DNA of 60,859 nucleotides. Source: a virus (Duplodnaviria > Caudoviricetes). The stretch covers positions 1-60,859 of the IMG/VR virus record IMGVR_UViG_3300027896_000043. The stretch is one strand, 5' to 3'. Below are positions 18,017-26,519 of this stretch, in pieces (within the stretch, counting starts at the first letter, position 1; every line of letters begins with the position of its first letter). Both the position numbers and the translations under genes were made by a program. The notes beneath the pieces were generated by a model. That model was not told the DNA's origin. It saw only the letters and a program-made list of their open reading frames with translations, and ran no database searches.

Positions 18017-18637
18017 ATGCCAACTAAAATTATTCGTGATAAAGAGTTTTTACACAAACAATCGAGTCCAGTTTTATCAATTCAAGAAGGGGAAGATATT
18101 GCGAAAAAATTATTAAACGTTTTACGTAATGATTTTCCGCGTGAATTGGGACTCTCAGCAAATCAACTTGGAATTCTGAAACGAGTATCCGTCATCTGTT
18201 TACCCGAACAGTCTCCATTGATTCTCATCAACCCAATAATCGTTGAGTCGAGTAAAGATACCGTTTTATATAACGAAGGATGTTTAAGTGTCCCCGGAAA
18301 AATAGCATTAACAACCAGAAATTTGAGTGTTCAAATTTCTACGTTAAATCACGCAAACATTTTGGAATTTGGTCCAGACACATTTCCAGTGACGAGTGAA
18401 AGTGTAAAAAATGATTTGGGGTTATTACGCTCGGTGTGCATTCAACATGAAATTAATCATCTCGACGGAAAGCTAATTACAGATCCGGGCGTTCGAACAT
18501 TTTTTCCTCAACTAAAATCTGACTTAAAATATGGTAGAAACGACAAAGTTATGATAGAAAAAGATGGACAAACAAAATATTTGAAATATAAACTTGCAGT
18601 AAAACTAATAGAAACCGATAATTGGAAACTAATTTAA
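18017..18637 (+). CDS. def: Peptide deformylase
   Basis: LGLSANQLG, LINPII, EGCLSVPG and QHEINHLDG motifs. Confidence 0.93.
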   Translation: MPTKIIRDKEFLHKQSSPVLSIQEGEDIAKKLLNVLRNDFPRELGLSANQLGILKRVSVICLPEQSPLILINPIIVESSKDTVLYNEGCLSVPGKIALTTRNLSVQISTLNHANILEFGPDTFPVTSESVKNDLGLLRSVCIQHEINHLDGKLITDPGVRTFFPQLKSDLKYGRNDKVMIEKDGQTKYLKYKLAVKLIETDNWKLI

Positions 18638-18640
18638 CAT

Positions 18641-18805
18641 ATGAAACAATCTCAATTTGATGAATTTTTACAAGAAGTAAAAGAACTTCTCGATTATGCA
18701 ATAGAATCTCGGTGTTGGACAAGTATAGAAGAAGTTCGTGAAATGATTTATGATGAACTAGGTGAAGAAATTTTTGTTGAAAATAAAGAGGACGAGGACG
18801 AATAA
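18641..18805 (+). CDS. Highly acidic 54-aa protein (not in ORF track)
   Basis: MKQSQFDEFLQEVKELLDYAIESRCWTSIEEVREMIYDELGEEIFVENKEDEDE*. Fits exactly between def and the next ATG at 18807. Confidence 0.65.
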   Translation: MKQSQFDEFLQEVKELLDYAIESRCWTSIEEVREMIYDELGEEIFVENKEDEDE

Positions 18806-18806
18806 T

Positions 18807-19058
18807 ATGTTCATCGAAATATTATGCGGAGCGTTGGTCATTGTAGTTGTATTGATGGCATATATAATCTCCAACTTAAATAAAAAAATATCGATATATG
18901 AAACTTGGGTATATACATTTCAATCCGAAGTAAACCAAATGTATAATAGACTGAAGTCCGTCGATGAACGAAATCTATTCGAATCCGACGATGACGTTGG
19001 ATTCGTTTTTAGCGAAATAGTAAGAATATCTAAGAATTTTAATGATACCATAAAATGA
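18807..19058 (+). CDS. Small membrane-anchored protein
   Basis: N-terminal TM helix and C-terminal FESDDDVGFVF motif. Confidence 0.65.
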   Translation: MFIEILCGALVIVVVLMAYIISNLNKKISIYETWVYTFQSEVNQMYNRLKSVDERNLFESDDDVGFVFSEIVRISKNFNDTIK

Positions 19059-19115
19059 TAATGTCCGGTCAACGATTATCGGACAGTATGAACTACGAGT
19101 TAAAAATTAAATAAA

Positions 19116-19964
19116 ATGCGAAAATCCACAAAAACAAAAAAAAATAGTAAATTTCAATTGGTATCAAAAAATAAAACACGCAAGAAAAAATCGATTAAGT
19201 CGGAAATTAATATCGAGCAACCGATTCTAGTACAACCCATCATGGCAGATCCAACTGCTAAAGTAGCACCGACCATGTATTTTACTAATGATACGGAAAA
19301 GGCAATTGTGGAATACAATTCAACTGAAAATGTCAGATTGCGGGATCAAATATACAGAGAAAAAATACAGTATGCATTTGAAAAAATAGCAGAAAATGTA
19401 TTCAACACATTCAAGTTCCCATTCAATGAAGTGGCAAAGATACGGGTCCAACAAGAAGCCATGACCCATATGGTAATGAATATACGGAAATATAATCCAG
19501 AAAAAGGAAAGGCATTTGGTTATTTTTCAATTGTTGCAAAAAATTGGTTTATTTTGGAGAACAATACTAATTATCGTAGATTTAAGAGACAAACTGAAAT
19601 CATTGACTCTCCCGGATCGGCTGGCGAATTTGTTATAAAACCGAACCACGAAACACAAAATCATGATACGCGAGAATTTATTAAACAGTTGGTAATATAT
19701 TGGGATTTGCACATGGATACTCTTTTCCCGAAAAAGAGAGACCAAAGTATAGCTGGGGCAGTTGTTGATATTTTTCGCTACAGTGACAGAATTGAAATGC
19801 TAAATAAAAAGGCTCTGTATTTATGCATTCGGGAGCATTCTGGATGTCATACGCAGCACATTACCAAGATAATTAATCGTATGTTATCAACATATAAGAT
19901 GCTTAGGCGTGAGTATTTAGATACCGGATTAATAACCGGTGATTTTATGTCATACCAAAAGTAA
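19116..19964 (+). CDS. Phage sigma factor, T4 gp55-like (late transcription)
   Basis: MYFTNDTEKAIVEYN, KYNPEKGKAFGYFSIVAKN (region 2-like, compare T4 gp55 NPFAYFT), NKKALYLCIRE. Confidence 0.7.
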   Translation: MRKSTKTKKNSKFQLVSKNKTRKKKSIKSEINIEQPILVQPIMADPTAKVAPTMYFTNDTEKAIVEYNSTENVRLRDQIYREKIQYAFEKIAENVFNTFKFPFNEVAKIRVQQEAMTHMVMNIRKYNPEKGKAFGYFSIVAKNWFILENNTNYRRFKRQTEIIDSPGSAGEFVIKPNHETQNHDTREFIKQLVIYWDLHMDTLFPKKRDQSIAGAVVDIFRYSDRIEMLNKKALYLCIREHSGCHTQHITKIINRMLSTYKMLRREYLDTGLITGDFMSYQK

Positions 19965-19986
19965 AATATTTTTATATTTATCCTTT

Positions 19987-20373
19987 ATGTCATATGATCC
20001 AAAATTTGAAATATATTCGGGAAAACCAATAGGTTCTTTATTTCAAGATATAGTAACAAACTCAGAAAATAAAAGAAATCAACTGGATATGTTAGTTGGC
20101 GATATCAGAGAAATGATAAAAACGCCGGAGAATGCGTTAATGATGGTTCCGTTAATACGTGATTATTTAGATGTTGGAATTAAAAATGACGAACAATTGG
20201 TAAAATTAGCCGCCGTGGTTCAACGATTATTAAATTCTGCCAATGAATCGTCGGATGGTTCCGGAGGATTTTCATTAAGCGAAGAAGAAAAAAAGCAATT
20301 AATGACTGAAATTGATAATACAGTAAAATCAATGACTGTAATTGAAAATAAAAAACTCCCGGAATTAAAATAA
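19987..20373 (+). CDS. Conserved helical phage protein
   Basis: VPLIRDYLDVGIKNDEQLVKLAAVVQR. TATTTAT lies 5 nt before the ATG at 19987. Confidence 0.6.
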   Translation: MSYDPKFEIYSGKPIGSLFQDIVTNSENKRNQLDMLVGDIREMIKTPENALMMVPLIRDYLDVGIKNDEQLVKLAAVVQRLLNSANESSDGSGGFSLSEEEKKQLMTEIDNTVKSMTVIENKKLPELK

Positions 20374-20374
20374 C

Positions 20375-21886
20375 ATGGCATTTTTTGATCGAATTCGTCG
20401 TAATGAACTTCCACTGAAACAAAGTGGTTTGCTCGCATCAAACCGAAAACTACTAGACCAAAAACCAGAAATTGTTAAATTTTACGAATTTGAAGCTGCT
20501 ATAGTATTAGATGTTGTGTTGGATGAAACACATCCGATATTAACAAATAAAACAATAGTTGTAAACAATTATCACAAAAATTTGGATGGTACAAATCCAA
20601 AGAAAGACGACAAGAATTATGGGTGGATTGGGTGTATAAAATTTCGATTTATAAATACTGACGTCGGAGTTCCAAACAATCAACTTCGATGGGCGTTTCC
20701 ATTGGAAAACACAGGAATGACTGAAATTCCTCTCGTTAATGAAACCGTATCGGTCGTTGAATATTTCGGAAATTTTTATTATACCCGTAAAATAAATCTA
20801 ACGGGAGAAATTAATGCATCTGCTCAATTTACGTTGGAACCATATTATGGCAGTTCAGGTGAATCTGTGCGGGAGTTTGGAACTGTTGATGAATTTGTTG
20901 GAATAACATCCGAGGTGAATATTTCACCACAAGGTTCTGGAAAACTTGGAAAAATTTTCAAGTTCAATCCGTCGATTCGATCACTAAAGAGATATGAAGG
21001 TGATACTATAGTTGAGTCCAGATTTGGTTCATCCATTCGGTTCGGCGGGTATGGATCAGATAAATCAACAAATGAAGCAGATTCTGGATATGAGAATTAC
21101 ATGGTAGGTACGGGAAATCCGTGGATGTTAATTCGAAATCGTCAAGCGGACGCAGATTCATCAAATAACATAATAAAACATCCGAAAACATATGTAACCG
21201 AATCCATAAATAATGATGGGTCATCGATACATCTGACGTCCGGAAAGACCGAATCTGAATTTAAAACTACGTGTAAAAAGATAATGTTAAGAACGGATAG
21301 TACAGAAGAACAGTCAAATTTTTCCCCAGAGGGATTTACTTCGTTTAAATATCCAAAACTTGATGGGGATCAAATAATAATAAATAGCGACAGATTAATA
21401 TTTCAATCTCGTGGGCAAGAATTTTTTCAATATGCAAAAAAAAGATTCTCAATCGTTACGGATGATGAATATACGGTTGATGCCCATAAACAAATTGTGC
21501 TAACAACAAATGGTCCGGCCACGATAAATTCACCATTGATATTTCTAGGTGAAGCAAATCAAACGGGAGAGCCCGCATTGTTGGGCCGCACAACAACTGA
21601 TTGGATGATGGCGGTATGTGAGTGGTTATCTAACACATGCGATTGGCAAATAGAACTGTGCGACGAATGGTTAGCTAAACACGTTCACGATACATCAAAA
21701 GATCCAACGTCATCTCCTACGCCGGATTGGGTATCAAAAATGTCCGATCACGTCAGTGCAATGCAGCAGTTACAAACTCAAATTCAAGATCTCAAGAATA
21801 TGGCCCCACAAAATATGAGTCAACGTGTATTTTTGGTTGGCGGTGGAACTGCTCCCGGATCTCCGGGTAAAGACTTAGCATCATGA
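20375..21886 (+). CDS. Baseplate hub/central spike protein (gp5/gpV-like)
   Basis: OB-fold-like PLVNETVSV, EGDTIVESRFGSSIRFG, QIIINSDRLIF beta repeats, and an HxH apex motif (KHVH). Confidence 0.7.
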   Translation: MAFFDRIRRNELPLKQSGLLASNRKLLDQKPEIVKFYEFEAAIVLDVVLDETHPILTNKTIVVNNYHKNLDGTNPKKDDKNYGWIGCIKFRFINTDVGVPNNQLRWAFPLENTGMTEIPLVNETVSVVEYFGNFYYTRKINLTGEINASAQFTLEPYYGSSGESVREFGTVDEFVGITSEVNISPQGSGKLGKIFKFNPSIRSLKRYEGDTIVESRFGSSIRFGGYGSDKSTNEADSGYENYMVGTGNPWMLIRNRQADADSSNNIIKHPKTYVTESINNDGSSIHLTSGKTESEFKTTCKKIMLRTDSTEEQSNFSPEGFTSFKYPKLDGDQIIINSDRLIFQSRGQEFFQYAKKRFSIVTDDEYTVDAHKQIVLTTNGPATINSPLIFLGEANQTGEPALLGRTTTDWMMAVCEWLSNTCDWQIELCDEWLAKHVHDTSKDPTSSPTPDWVSKMSDHVSAMQQLQTQIQDLKNMAPQNMSQRVFLVGGGTAPGSPGKDLAS

Positions 21887-22335
21887 GCATAACAATATCA
21901 GTTCCAAATATTACTGCTCCAGTTTCCGCTCCAGCAGTAAAAATGCCAGCAGTAAAAATGCCAACTCCCACAGCGAAGTTGTCGGCATTGACACGTGGCG
22001 CGTTACCGACACCAAAACTTGGATTGTTAGGACTCAATTCATCAATCGTTGGTCCAATGAGCATAAAAAACAGTATGATCAGTAAAATGCTCCCATCTCT
22101 GGCTGGGATGAAAATTCCAAAATTACCATCAATTCCAAAATTACCATCAATTCCAAAATTACCATCAATTCCAAAATTACCATCAATTCCAAAATTACCA
22201 TCAATTCCAAAATTACCATCAATTCCAAAATTACCATCAATTCCAAAATTACCGGGAATTTCGGGAGCTAGTCAGGTTTCAACAAATATTGATTCCACAA
22301 AATCAACCATTTCAAGTAAAAATTCATTCGCATAA
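21883..22335 (+). CDS. Low-complexity Pro/Lys/Ser protein with (IPKLPS)n repeats
   Basis: ATGA-coupled to the spike gene, with an 18-bp tandem repeat inside. Confidence 0.6.
   Translation: MSITISVPNITAPVSAPAVKMPAVKMPTPTAKLSALTRGALPTPKLGLLGLNSSIVGPMSIKNSMISKMLPSLAGMKIPKLPSIPKLPSIPKLPSIPKLPSIPKLPSIPKLPSIPKLPSIPKLPGISGASQVSTNIDSTKSTISSKNSFA
22113..22253 (+). repeat. Perfect 18-bp tandem repeat AATTCCAAAATTACCATC, 7 full copies plus 15 bp
   Basis: Units start at 22113, 22131, 22149, 22167, 22185, 22203, 22221 and 22239. Confidence 0.95.
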
Positions 22336-22357
22336 TAAACAAACGATATTTATATAT

Positions 22358-22807
22358 ATGACTAAATCAGAATTAATTGAGAGTATTAGAGCAATCGTTA
22401 AAGAAGAAGTAAAAACTCAATTGCCGAATTTAATAGTTGAGCTTTTAACTGAAAAAGTTTCTACGAAAAAATCAAATATCACAGAATCTCGGAACACATC
22501 AACCAACACGTTGCAAGTTCCAACGAGAAAATCTACGCCGATCATAAATGTAAAAAATCCACTACTTCGATCCGCTTTAAGTGAAACTATTGGTGGAGTA
22601 CCAACGGATCATGGATCTATTCCAATAGTTTCACAGGCAATTATATCAAAAGAATTAATTGCGGAAAATAAAGATGTTGCTGCTGTAGATAATGCGATGA
22701 AACGTGATTATCGTGGACTAATGAAAACGATGGATAGAAAACGTGGAACGCCATCCATGAATTTTCAAGCTCAAGTACCAACTTCATTCGACCAAGACCC
22801 AATATAA
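22358..22807 (+). CDS. Hypothetical virion protein with MTKSELIESIRAIVKEEVK leader
   Basis: TATTTAT 4 nt before the ATG at 22358. The leader resembles those of the head-region proteins. Confidence 0.6.
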   Translation: MTKSELIESIRAIVKEEVKTQLPNLIVELLTEKVSTKKSNITESRNTSTNTLQVPTRKSTPIINVKNPLLRSALSETIGGVPTDHGSIPIVSQAIISKELIAENKDVAAVDNAMKRDYRGLMKTMDRKRGTPSMNFQAQVPTSFDQDPI

Positions 22808-23217
22808 TGGCAACATCAAAACAACAGCCGTATGGTATCACGTTGCCAATACAACACGGAGCAGGTGGATATTTTAATCAAAGTTATACTGTACTCGATC
22901 AGATTCGGAGTAATTTAATTAATCTCTTACAGACCAAAAAAGGAGAGCGACGAATGAATCCAACATTTGGATCGGATTTATATAAAATACTATTCGAATT
23001 TAACGTAGATGAGTTGGAACCAATAATTAATAGTACTATACGAGATGATATTCAGACTTGGCTTCCATATTTAACGGTACAAAATGTTGTAATCGACACA
23101 AGAAACGAATATCGTGATATTTATACCATACAAATTAAAATAACATTTACAGTTAATGGAATAGGTATAACCGAAGCACAAACCGTGAATTTTACAGTAG
23201 ATAAACCAATTATATGA
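22807..23217 (+). CDS. Baseplate wedge protein, GPW/gp25 family
   Basis: QIRSNLINLLQTKKGERRMNPTFGSDL..LFE..WLPYL. Confidence 0.9.
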   Translation: MATSKQQPYGITLPIQHGAGGYFNQSYTVLDQIRSNLINLLQTKKGERRMNPTFGSDLYKILFEFNVDELEPIINSTIRDDIQTWLPYLTVQNVVIDTRNEYRDIYTIQIKITFTVNGIGITEAQTVNFTVDKPII

Positions 23218-25088
23218 CCGATACATCAAAATCTTTTCAACCCGGAAAAAAAGACATTAAATATCTCGGAAAAGATTTTGATGGACTAAAATCGTCATTA
23301 TTGGAATTTGCGAAAACTTACTATCCAAATACATATAAGGATTTTGGTGAAGCATCTACCGGAATGATGTTTATTGATATGGCAGCATATGTTGGCGACG
23401 TATTGTCATATTACACCGATTATCAATTCAAAGAGTCATTGGCCATTACAGCGGAAGAGAGAAAAAATATAATTTCTCTTGCCAGATATATGGGATATAA
23501 ACCAAAAGTATCAACTGCATCAGTTGGAACGTTGGATGTTTATCAATTGGTTCCAGCAATAAAAAACGACGATGGAACATTTTCTCCGGATTATAGATAT
23601 GCACAAGTAATAAAACAAAACATGGAAGTTGCTGCGGATTCAAATGTAAATTTTATAACCGATGAACCGGTTGATTTCACATTAAATACCATAAATGATC
23701 CAACCGAAGTATCCGTGTTTCAACGAAATTCAAGTGGACAGCCGGAATTTTATGTACTGAAGAAAAATGTTTCAATTTCTTCCGGCACAATCACCGTAAA
23801 ATCAATAAGCGTATCGGATGCTTCCCAATATTATTCGATAACGCTCGACGAAGATAATATAATTGGAATTGTGGATGTATATGATAGTGATGGAAATAGA
23901 TGGTATGAATCGGACTATTTGTCACAAGATCTAGTTCCAATTCAAACCGAAAACATTGTAAAAAATGATTCCACGCTATCTCAATACAGAGATTCTGTTC
24001 CATTTTTATTGAAGTTCTTAAAGACGTCTCGTCGGTTTGTTACGTCGGTGGATGAATTTAATAAAACTACTCTCGAATTTGGATCGGGCGTTAACGTCCA
24101 AGGAGATTCAATTGTATTACCTTCTCCGGCAACAGTAAAAAAAGCGGCAGCGTGGAATAATATAGCATATGATCCAGCAAATTTCTTAAACAATTCATCG
24201 TATGGACAAGCACCAAACAATACCACATTAACAATTAAATATATTATTGGTGGCGGAACAATTAGTAACGCAAATGCAAATTCTATAAAAAATATAGTTA
24301 CCGTTGAATTTTTTGGAGATTTAACTGGGATGGCTGACAATGATAAACGTGTGACGGAATTGGTCCGAAGTACGATTAAAGTAAACAATCCAGAACCAGC
24401 AATCGGAGGAAAGGGAGCAGAAACCGATAATGAAATTAAACAAAACTCCATGGCAAATTTTTCTGCTCAAAATAGAGCAGTTACAAAACAAGATTATGTC
24501 ATTAGAACATATGCTATGCCCGCAAAATATGGATCGGTCGCTAAAGCGTATATAACATCAGATTCAAGTCTAAGTAATACAGAAACAAATAATCCATACG
24601 CAATAAATTTATACATATTATGCAAAGATGCCAACGGTAGATTGGTTTCTAGTACTCCAGCATTGGTACAAAACTTAAAGAATTATCTAGACGAATTTCG
24701 TTTGTTGACCGATTCTATAAATATTATAGATGGATTTATTATAAATATTGGGTTAGAGTTTTCGATCATCGTCTATAAAAATTATAATAAAAACGAAGTG
24801 CTAGCCAATTGTATAAATTCAGCCAAATCATATCTGAGTATAGATAATATGCAATTTTCTCAGCCAATAAATATTAGTAGATTGAGACTTGAATTGGCTA
24901 AGATTGATGGAGTTCAATCAGTAACGTCTATAAATTTGAAAAATTTAACAATACAAGATGGAGACTATTCCAGTAATGCATACAATATTACGTCTGCTAC
25001 CTCAAACGATATGATATATCCATCAATTGATCCGTCCGTATTTGAAGTTAGATTTCCAACTAAAGATATCGTCGGGAAAGCAATTTGA
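23214..25088 (+). CDS. Baseplate wedge protein, T4 gp6/baseplate J-like
   Basis: KDFDGLK, DMAAYVGDVLSYY, LARYMGYKPK, GGKGAET, AQNRAVTKQDY. Confidence 0.9.
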   Translation: MTDTSKSFQPGKKDIKYLGKDFDGLKSSLLEFAKTYYPNTYKDFGEASTGMMFIDMAAYVGDVLSYYTDYQFKESLAITAEERKNIISLARYMGYKPKVSTASVGTLDVYQLVPAIKNDDGTFSPDYRYAQVIKQNMEVAADSNVNFITDEPVDFTLNTINDPTEVSVFQRNSSGQPEFYVLKKNVSISSGTITVKSISVSDASQYYSITLDEDNIIGIVDVYDSDGNRWYESDYLSQDLVPIQTENIVKNDSTLSQYRDSVPFLLKFLKTSRRFVTSVDEFNKTTLEFGSGVNVQGDSIVLPSPATVKKAAAWNNIAYDPANFLNNSSYGQAPNNTTLTIKYIIGGGTISNANANSIKNIVTVEFFGDLTGMADNDKRVTELVRSTIKVNNPEPAIGGKGAETDNEIKQNSMANFSAQNRAVTKQDYVIRTYAMPAKYGSVAKAYITSDSSLSNTETNNPYAINLYILCKDANGRLVSSTPALVQNLKNYLDEFRLLTDSINIIDGFIINIGLEFSIIVYKNYNKNEVLANCINSAKSYLSIDNMQFSQPINISRLRLELAKIDGVQSVTSINLKNLTIQDGDYSSNAYNITSATSNDMIYPSIDPSVFEVRFPTKDIVGKAI

Positions 25089-25164
25089 TTGGTAATGTTG
25101 GTTGTAGGTTGATATAATCGGTAAGATTTTGGGTAACCATAGATATTTATCTGGCACGACCGAT

Positions 25165-26298
25165 ATGCATTATTTTTTATATCCAACCAAGGACGCTACA
25201 ATTACAAATCAACCAAATCTGATATTTAAAAATACAGGTTTGGATGAAATTTTAGAAGTTGAAAAGACAATTCAGCCTAAAAGTTGTGCCGGAGAATATG
25301 GACCGGTAATTTCCCGCACATTAATCAAATTTGATTTGTCCGATATTTCGGCGTCAATATCAAATCGGACAATAAACAATCCAAAATTTACTTTAAATTT
25401 AAAGTGTGTAGAATCAAACGAAGTTCCGATTGAATATTCAGTATATTCATATCCGATAATTTGCGATTGGATGATGGGAACCGGATATAAATTTGATGGG
25501 AGAACCGATATTGATGGTGTAAACTGGAAATATTCAGACAATGGGATAACAAAATGGTGGCCAAGTTCATCGTTAATGGACTGTAGCGGCGGCGGAGTTT
25601 GGTTAATTAATTCCGGATCGGCTCAATCTGGATCAATTGATTTAAATAATACCGGTAGTTTAATGTCGAGTAATACATTCAACTATGAAACTTCCGATAT
25701 TAAAATGTCCGTTGATAATATTGTAACGGAATGGCTTTCTGGTTCGATTCCAAATAATGGGTTTATATTAATTCACAGCGGAGAGCTCGACGCTACGAAT
25801 TATGGAAAACTGAGATTTTTCTCAAAAGAAACCAATACAATTTATCACCCGTATCTTGACATTTCATGGGATGATAGCACATTTTTCACCGGAAGTTTGG
25901 AAGGTACTGGTAGTTTAAATCCAATTAATTTGTACGATGCAATAATTTCCTTACCCAAAACGCAAAAAGTGTACAAATCCGGAAATATTGTTCGTATGGA
26001 CGTAAAAGGAAGAAAAAAATATCCAACAAAAACATTCACGAATAAATTGTCAGACTATCTTGAACCCGAATACTTACCGGAAAACAGTTTTTATTCAATA
26101 AAAGATGCCGAAAGTGAAATGAAAATAATTCCCCCTGATGAATTTACCAAATTGAGTTGTGACGGGAACGGAAATTATTTCATGCTTGATACTGGTGGAT
26201 TACCACAAGAACGATATTATACCATTGAGATTCACAGCGAACAGAGCGGATCAATACTTACATTCGCTTCTCCACTATCATTTAAAATTTCCAGATGA
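25165..26298 (+). CDS. Virion structural protein (DNRLRE-like domain)
   Basis: YPTKDATI, NTGLDEILEV, SRTLIKFDL, WLSGSIPNNGFIL, FFSKET..PYL. Start MHYF at 25165. Confidence 0.6.
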   Translation: MHYFLYPTKDATITNQPNLIFKNTGLDEILEVEKTIQPKSCAGEYGPVISRTLIKFDLSDISASISNRTINNPKFTLNLKCVESNEVPIEYSVYSYPIICDWMMGTGYKFDGRTDIDGVNWKYSDNGITKWWPSSSLMDCSGGGVWLINSGSAQSGSIDLNNTGSLMSSNTFNYETSDIKMSVDNIVTEWLSGSIPNNGFILIHSGELDATNYGKLRFFSKETNTIYHPYLDISWDDSTFFTGSLEGTGSLNPINLYDAIISLPKTQKVYKSGNIVRMDVKGRKKYPTKTFTNKLSDYLEPEYLPENSFYSIKDAESEMKIIPPDEFTKLSCDGNGNYFMLDTGGLPQERYYTIEIHSEQSGSILTFASPLSFKISR

Positions 26299-26519
26299 CC
26301 CCAAATCCATTTCTATCCAATTATACCAGCGAGGAAATTGATTCTCTCATCAAGTCTGGATCGATTCAATATAGATATGACGACAGTTCAAATCTATTAA
26401 TTGATCAAACTCAAACGGCGATGGCGTCGTCGAGTATAACCATTCCACTATATAAAAAATTATTCTCGGATACAAAAGTGGAAACAAAATATGACGTCAT
26501 ATTTAACGAACTAAGTTAA
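26295..26519 (+). CDS. Hypothetical protein, 74 aa
   Basis: Overlap-coupled to both neighbours in the baseplate operon. Confidence 0.6.
   Translation: MTPNPFLSNYTSEEIDSLIKSGSIQYRYDDSSNLLIDQTQTAMASSSITIPLYKKLFSDTKVETKYDVIFNELS

Noticed and set aside
14944-18637. Bacterial chromosome or host contamination suggested by dnaK and def
   Set aside because: No grpE/dnaJ/hrcA or fmt context, the flanking genes are phage-type, and composition is continuous with the phage genes.
22113-22253. CRISPR array
   Set aside because: Head-to-tail 18-bp units with no spacers, in frame within a coding sequence, and no cas genes.
9642-25164. Track start positions 9642, 12201, 13341, 16772, 18762, 19939, 22289 and 25129
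   Set aside because: They extend into upstream genes, terminators or promoters. Downstream ATGs (9738, 12234, 13380, 16949, 18807, 19987, 22358, 25165) fit overlap coupling or promoter spacing better.
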